DNA of 64,000 nt, taken from positions 117,614,001-117,678,000 of the forward strand of contig OZ024740.1 in the NCBI GenBank assembly GCA_964016885.1, read 5' to 3'. Under the pieces are notes generated by a model. That model was not told the origin of the DNA and did no database searches. It saw nothing but the letters and a program-made list of their open reading frames with translations. The position numbers were made by a program, and so were the translations under genes. Shown here piece after piece: positions 57,546-64,000 of this stretch. Source of the DNA: Eledone cirrhosa. Its lineage: Eukaryota. How positions within the stretch are numbered: the stretch's first letter is position 1; the number at the start of each line of letters is the position of its first letter.

Positions 57546-58294
57546 GTACACACATTCATACATACATATACGGATATATATAATGGATATATGATAAAAT
57601 AAAATATATATATATATATATATAATAGTAATAAAATGTATATATACTCCATATATAATCATCCGTACACATTCCTGTGAGATGTACATAAACATATACA
57701 TGTATACACAAATACACATATACAGAGGCCCACATATGCATACACCCGCACCCACACACATATATATATATATACACACACTCATACGCACCCACATACA
57801 TACAGATACTCATACGTAGCTATAGGTACATACACACATATATATATATATACACACACTCTGCCCAATACTTACATACATGTACATGCCTGCACACACA
57901 CGCGCTCATAAGCTTATGCATATACGTACACATGCCCATATACACACCCCCATACACACCCACGTATATATATATATATATCTACATACACACACACATA
58001 CATATACCTAAGCACAGGTCCACACATAAAAACACCCAAATATAAACGCAACAGGATAATAAAATAAAATAAAATAAAATAAATAAATTTACAATATTTT
58101 AGGATACATTAAAATCTGTATGTAACTTCATATATAGGTACATGAGAAAGGGGGTAAATAAAAATCGGGGGGGGGGGGGCACAGGAGAGGGTGCGTGTAT
58201 CCATGTGATATACTACACACAGGTAGTATGTGGTGCAAACTTGTGTCCGTATATAGAACAGGTAACAGTAACAGAACAATAATAGAACAATAAT

Positions 58295-58482
58295 TGTTTC
58301 TACTTTTGGCACAAGGCCAGCAATTATCCCAGTGTATTACTGGTACTTTATTTTATCGACCCCGTAAGGATGAAAGGCAAAGTTAACCTCGGCGGGATTT
58401 GAACTCAAACCATAAAGGGCCGTAACTCTTTGCTGCAAAGCATGGCGTTCGACCCTCTACCGATACTGCCAATCCAACGCCC
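58295..58482 (-). mobile_element. tRNA-derived SINE with a 16-bp TSD
   Basis: TSD ATAATAGAACAATAAT at 58279-58294 and 58484-58499. Confidence 0.9.
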
Positions 58483-58542
58483 TATAATAGAACAATAATG
58501 ACAGTAATAATCACTGTATATGTATGTATATATATATGTATG

Positions 58543-58584
<42 letters not shown>

Positions 58585-58706
58585 AATATAGACATAGAAT
58601 ATTCGAAAATATTCTGTATGTTTATAATAAACATTTTGAAGACCTAATCGCTATAGAATAGAATACGTCACGTATTACAATTAGATTCTCGATAAAAGCA
58701 AGGGAA

Positions 58707-58749
58707 GTAATCTACGCGTTTCATTCTTGTTAGAAATCTTCAGGACTAC
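58707..58749 (-). ncRNA. minimal type-I hammerhead ribozyme
   Basis: GTAGTC-CTGAAGA-T.TTCT aaca AGAA.T-GAAA-CGCG-TA-GATTAC. Confidence 0.85.
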
Positions 58750-59016
58750 ATATCCAGTGCCTTTATCGAGAATGACACAGCTAGAGACTTATAGAATACT
58801 TAGCTGTGTACAGGAACTGGTTTGAAAGAGCGGTTGCCGGTCCGGCAGAAATTAGAAATTGGAATAAATGCTCTGAAATAGCGATATATATGTGAATATA
58901 GACATAGAATATTCGAAAATATTCTGTATGTTTATAATAAACATTTTGAAGACCTAATCGCTATAGAATAGAATACGTCACGTATTACAATTAGATTCTC
59001 GATAAAAGCAAGGGAA

Positions 59017-59059
59017 GTAATCTACGCGTTTCATTCTTGTTAGAAATCTTCAGGACTAC
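59017..59059 (-). ncRNA. minimal type-I hammerhead ribozyme (second copy)
   Basis: Identical to 58707-58749. Confidence 0.85.
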
Positions 59060-59307
59060 ATATCCAGTGCCTTTATCGAGAATGACACAGCTAGAGACTT
59101 ATAGAAGTCAAAATGTTTATTATAAACATACAGAATATTTTCGAATATTCTATGTCTATATTCACATATATATCGCTATTTCAGAGCATTTATTCCAATT
59201 TCTAATTTCTGCCGGACCGGCAACCGCTCTTTCAAACCAGTTCCTGTACACAGCTAAGTATTCTATAAGTCTCTAGCTGTGTCATTCTCGATAAAGGCAC
59301 TGGATAT

Positions 59308-59350
59308 GTAGTCCTGAAGATTTCTAACAAGAATGAAACGCGTAGATTAC
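59308..59350 (+). ncRNA. minimal type-I hammerhead ribozyme (third copy)
   Basis: Identical motif on the plus strand. Stem I is extended by a 16-bp helix (59284-59299 / 59357-59372). Confidence 0.85.
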
Positions 59351-59508
59351 TTCCCTTGCTTTTATCGAGAATCTAATTGTAATACGTGACGTATTCTATT
59401 CTATAGCGATTAGGTCTTCAAAATGTTTATTATAAACATACAGAATATTTTCGAATATTCTATGTCTATATTCACATATATATCGCTATTTCAGAGCATT
59501 TATTCCAA

Positions 59509-59588
<80 letters not shown>

Positions 59589-60721
59589 ATCTGTGTGTAT
59601 GTGTGTGTGTGCATACGAGTGTGTGTATATAGGTTACTTGTGATAAACATTCCGTTTATTATGTTGTATATTTGATGTTCATTCTTCCAGTTTGTTTAAT
59701 ATATATAGGTGTAAATTCGGAGGGTTGATTACCTGTTAAGTCGTTGTAAACTCTCAGAGATTAAATTCTTCGCTTAGATTATATAAGATTGCAATATGTA
59801 CAGTTGCACAGCGTAAAACGTTGACTAGGTATGTGGGTAACGGTGTGTGAGAACCTTGACCAACTGTTTTCCCTTTTGGTTCTCATCTTGACAAAATTAT
59901 ATTTGAATGATCTTTGTGTAAATAACTTAATGATTTAGTGCTAAACTCTAAGATATCTTGAGGATATAATATGATGTAAAAGTTTGTATATTCATAATTT
60001 ACCGATATTCATGATATATTATAATGAAGCTCACGAGTTACTATAATAATTTCAAAAAATAATTTTTGAAGGTTTCCCCTTAAAAAATAATTTTTCGTTT
60101 TGCTTTCCGTTCGTTTTCCTGTCTCCTATTTGATAATTTTCATAAGTTTATCTACTACTGTGACGAACGTGTTTATCTTTCACCCCTCCCCCATATATAT
60201 ATCGTTCCCCACCACCACCCCACTCTCAAGAGCGTGAAATTAATAAACATTCGTTGTACTGCCTCTCTGTTTTGTTCCTGTTAAACATTTTCCATTATAT
60301 ATAATACACGCTCACACGGCTTCCATTCTTTGGAATATAACTTAACTACCGGCTCAACCCCGATCTAATCTGCCGTGACCACTCTCTGAACTTTACACAC
60401 CTTCCCACACTTGGTCTTTCCTTCCACGCATTACCTTTGTTTGAATTTGTTACTGTACTTGCTTATTTCCGTATATGATTTTTTGCCTGTGTTTTGACAA
60501 TTTTATTTCTATGATTTTTTTATTCACGATTGCCTGTGTTTTTACCTTTATGATTTTTTGTCTTTAATTTTCCTGTGTATACTCTCCCCTCCTTACGTTT
60601 TTCTGTTTCATTTTCCCTTCCCCGTCTCTGCCTATCCTTCGCACTCACTCCTTCGTTCCACCCCACCCCGCTTCACACACCTGCTTTCTCATCCCTCCCC
60701 TGCTTTCACCCAACGCCCACC

Positions 60722-63497
60722 ATGCCCAGCCTGAGATCCTTTCTCCACCAACTCCACACTAGCCTCAAACTTTTTCTCACCCCGCTCCTCCTACCCTGCT
60801 ATCTCCCCTCTGCCCTTCAACTCTCCTACCTTCTCTTCGCCAAAACCCGGCACTCCAGCCACATCCATTTCCTCAGCCACTGCCTCCGCCTCCACCTTAT
60901 CCCCCTCGGCTTCCGTCTACACTTCCACCCTTCCCCCGCCGCTTTCCCCTCCACGCAACGTATCCTCACCCGATCCTCACGCCTCCTGATGCGCAACTCC
61001 ATCCGTGCCTCCCGTTCCACCCTCCGCCAACTTGACCACCAACTGACCCCCGCCCTCCTCCGCCTTAACTCCACCTGCCACCCCCTCCTCGCCCAAGCCA
61101 TCCTCTCCTTCATACAAAACCTCAACCACGACCTCTTCTCCTTCCTCAGCTCCACCAAAGCCCGCAAGCTACACTCCCCCCCCCCCACACACACCACACG
61201 CCCATCCCCATGAGCCCACCACTCTCCACCCCTCCCTCGACCCACACCCCTACCCAATCTCCACCCTCCACCTCACCCCACACCAGAACCCTCCCTTACC
61301 CCACACACCCAAACCACACCACTTTTTGTCACCATACCCCCTGACCTCCCCCTCTCCGCACCTGAGCGCTCACTCCTTAGTAGAGGCCTTCGCTTCATAC
61401 CCCACACTCCACACAGCGACGAGTTCCGCACCCGAACGGAAGTCGAGCGATTCGTGCGACGCACGAAGCTACAGGCACATTTCGGCCGAACGCCACCGGC
61501 TCCGGACGCCCCAGACCCGTTTCTCGCCGACCATCTTCTTGGACGGCGGCCCCAGGGCAATTTAGCACCCTGGACGCGTTCGTCGATGCCAGCCGTAGCG
61601 CCGTAAATCGTTTCGACTTCCGCCACCGTTCCAAACGGAATAACATCTCACGGGGCGAACTCCTCGCTCTCCGCTCCCTCCGTAGCCGAGATGACATCGT
61701 CATCAAACCGGCGGACAAGGGAGGCGCCGTGGTGGTGTGACGCGCGGACCTCTACACGGCCGAAGCCCTCAGGCAGCTCCGTAACCCCCTCTTCTACCGC
61801 CCTCTACCCTCCGATCCCACACCCCTCTACCAACAACAAGTTTCCTCCACCATCCAACATCTTGTCCCCCCCCCCTACGCTTGCCACCTCATCGTCCGCA
61901 CTCCCCGCACCCCCACCATCTACTTCTTCCCCAAACTCCACTAACCCGACAACCCCGGCCGCCCCATCGTCTCCGCTTGCAACTGCCCCACCGAACTCAT
62001 CTCCGCCTTTCTCGACTCCATCCTCGCCCCCCTTGTCACCACCCTCCCCTCCCACATCTCCGACACCAACCACGCCCTGCGCCTTTTCGACTCCATCACC
62101 TACCCACCCGGCCCACAGCCCTTCCTCTTCACCCTAGACATCAAGTCCCTCTATACCGTCATCCCCCACGCCGACGGCCTACGCGCCCTCAAACACTACC
62201 TCGACCTTCGCCCCTCCTCATTCCCTCCACCCCACCCTTCTTCGCCTCGCCGAGCTGGTCCTCACCCTCAATTGTTTCTCCTTCTCGGGTGAGTTTTACC
62301 AACAGGTCACGGGGGTAGCCATGGGTACAAGAATGGGCCCGAACTATGCCAACCTTTTTGCTGGCCATGTTGAGGCCCAAATCTTTGCCCAGTACACCGG
62401 CCCCACGCCCGAAATGTACGGTCGTTACATCGACGATGTATCGGAGCCACGACCCTCACCCGGGAACAGCTCGACTCCTTTCTCTCCTTCTTCTGCTCCT
62501 TCCACCCCTCCCTCCACTTCACCACCTCTATCTCCACCACCCACGTCCACTTCTTAGACATCTCCGTCGCCTTCGACCCCTCCCACCACTCCCTCGTCAC
62601 CTCCGCCTTCTTCAAACCCACCGACTCCCACTCTTACCTCGACTTCACCTCTTCCCACCCCACACACACTAAATACTCTATCCCCTACTCCCAACTCCTC
62701 AGGATCCGCCGGCCTCTCTAGCCGAGATGCCGACTTCGAGTCCCAGGCCCTTTCCCTAGTCAGCCATTTCATCCGCAGAGGTTACCCCCCTCTCTCGTCC
62801 ACACCGCTCTCACCCGCGCCCGTGCTGTCCACCGCTCCACCACCCTCACCCCACGCCACCGCACACCCACCCACCGTCTCCCTTCCCCATTACCTACCAC
62901 CCCTCCACTTTACCCCTCCACCGCACCATCCGCCGCCTCTTCTGACGCCTCCAGTCCGACCCCTCCACCTCCCACATCTTCACAGCCCCACCACTCCCCT
63001 CCTTCAAACGCGCACGCAATCTCCGCACCCTCCTCGTCCACAGCTCCCTACTCCCCAACCCACGCTCTCTTCCTCTCCCCCGGTTCCTTTCCCTGTTCTA
63101 GGCCCCGCTGCAACACCTGTCCCCACATCACCAACACCACCACCTTCCAGGGTCCCAACGGCCACTCTCTCTCTTTCCGGCATGCCTTCCGCTGCACCTC
63201 CTCCAACCTAGTCTACGGACTTCGCTGCACGGAGCGCAGCGCGACTTACGTCGGACAGACTGGACGTCGCCTGGCGGACAGATTCACTGAGCACCTCCGG
63301 GATATTCGTCTCGGTGGTAGTTCCCCCATCGCCCGCCACTTTGGTGGCCCTGGAGACTCCGCACGCCATCTCACAGTCTGTGGGCTACTCCAATGCCACG
63401 GAACACCCGCCAATCTCCTCAGAGTTGAACAAAGAACCATCTTCAGCTTACAGACCCACACTTCCCCCGGCCTGAATCCCCACCCTTATTCCTTTAG
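60722..63497 (+). pseudogene. full-length Penelope-like element ORF (RT + Cys-rich linker + GIY-YIG; Neptune-like), disrupted; the element extends from ~60200 to beyond 64000
   Basis: LLSRGLRFIP (~61374), IKPADKGGA (61702), GRPIVS, LDIKSLYT (62134), GVAMGTRMGPNYANLF, RYIDD (62423), CSRPRCNTCPH, VYGLRC..YVGQT..RFTEH (63211-63295) and PGLN. Several stops and frameshifts. Confidence 0.92.
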
Positions 63498-64000
63498 CCT
63501 TCGACCGCCCCCCTCCCCTCACACACATCCCCCGCTAACACCACTAACACACCCCTCCTTTTCACCGACTACCCCACTACTCCACCTCACATCCGACCAC
63601 CCTTCCCCAACTAACATACTAACATCCCTCCCTTCTTCTCCTCCCCCCTCCTTATCACACGCACACACCCACCGGCACATATATACACGCGCTCACACTA
63701 AACACACACCCTAGTACCACCACTAACCCTCACCCCCACACATCCACCCCACCACCCCGCAACTAACATCACTAACACTCCCTGACCCCAAGCACACGAA
63801 CACAGGCACCCACTTACACCACCCACCCTACACGCAACTAACATCACTAAGACCCCCAACCCCACGCACACGTACACACACACACCCTCTTACACCACCA
63901 ACTCTACACACCCTACCACCACTGACCCCCACTCACACCCGCATTCAACCCTTTCTCCACCTCCTGTATACTAACACCCACTAACACCTCCTTCATCAAA

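Larger units (their letters stand above)
58581..59516. mobile_element. 310-bp HHR-containing unit: 1.7 tandem copies (minus) joined 5'-to-5' to 1.3 tandem copies (plus), in (TA)n
   Basis: Period of 310 (58581/58891 and 59108/59418), with an inversion junction at 59106-59108. The copies look identical. Confidence 0.9.

Overview
AT-rich, microsatellite-saturated eukaryotic DNA, intergenic or intronic. The tRNA-SINE family and the repeat landscape suggest a cephalopod (Octopus-like) genome, which is an inference. I could not support any host protein-coding exon, and most ORF-track entries are artefacts of (TA)n, (CA)n, (GA)n and (TATG)n repeats. The window is a transposon graveyard. It holds a near full-length CR1-group LINE (34.7-38.4 kb, minus), a decayed full-length C-rich Penelope-like element (PLE, 60.2-64 kb) and several other PLE fragments. 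It also holds about 10 tRNA-derived SINEs, RTE-derived non-autonomous elements in (TATG)n tracts, CRE-like 3' fragments, Helitrons, hAT and Tc1 MITEs, and a Tigger fossil. The main hidden signal is a dense set of minimal type-I hammerhead ribozyme (HHR) motifs from at least 7 families with no obvious sequence similarity to one another. Most lie in short non-coding inserts bounded by (TA)n tracts. The best case is a seemingly mutation-free 310-bp HHR unit repeated in tandem and then inverted (58.6-59.5 kb, retrozyme-like). Several fold-back palindromes have their apex inside HHR stem II. All folds and translations were done by eye, and coordinates are approximate to within a few bases.
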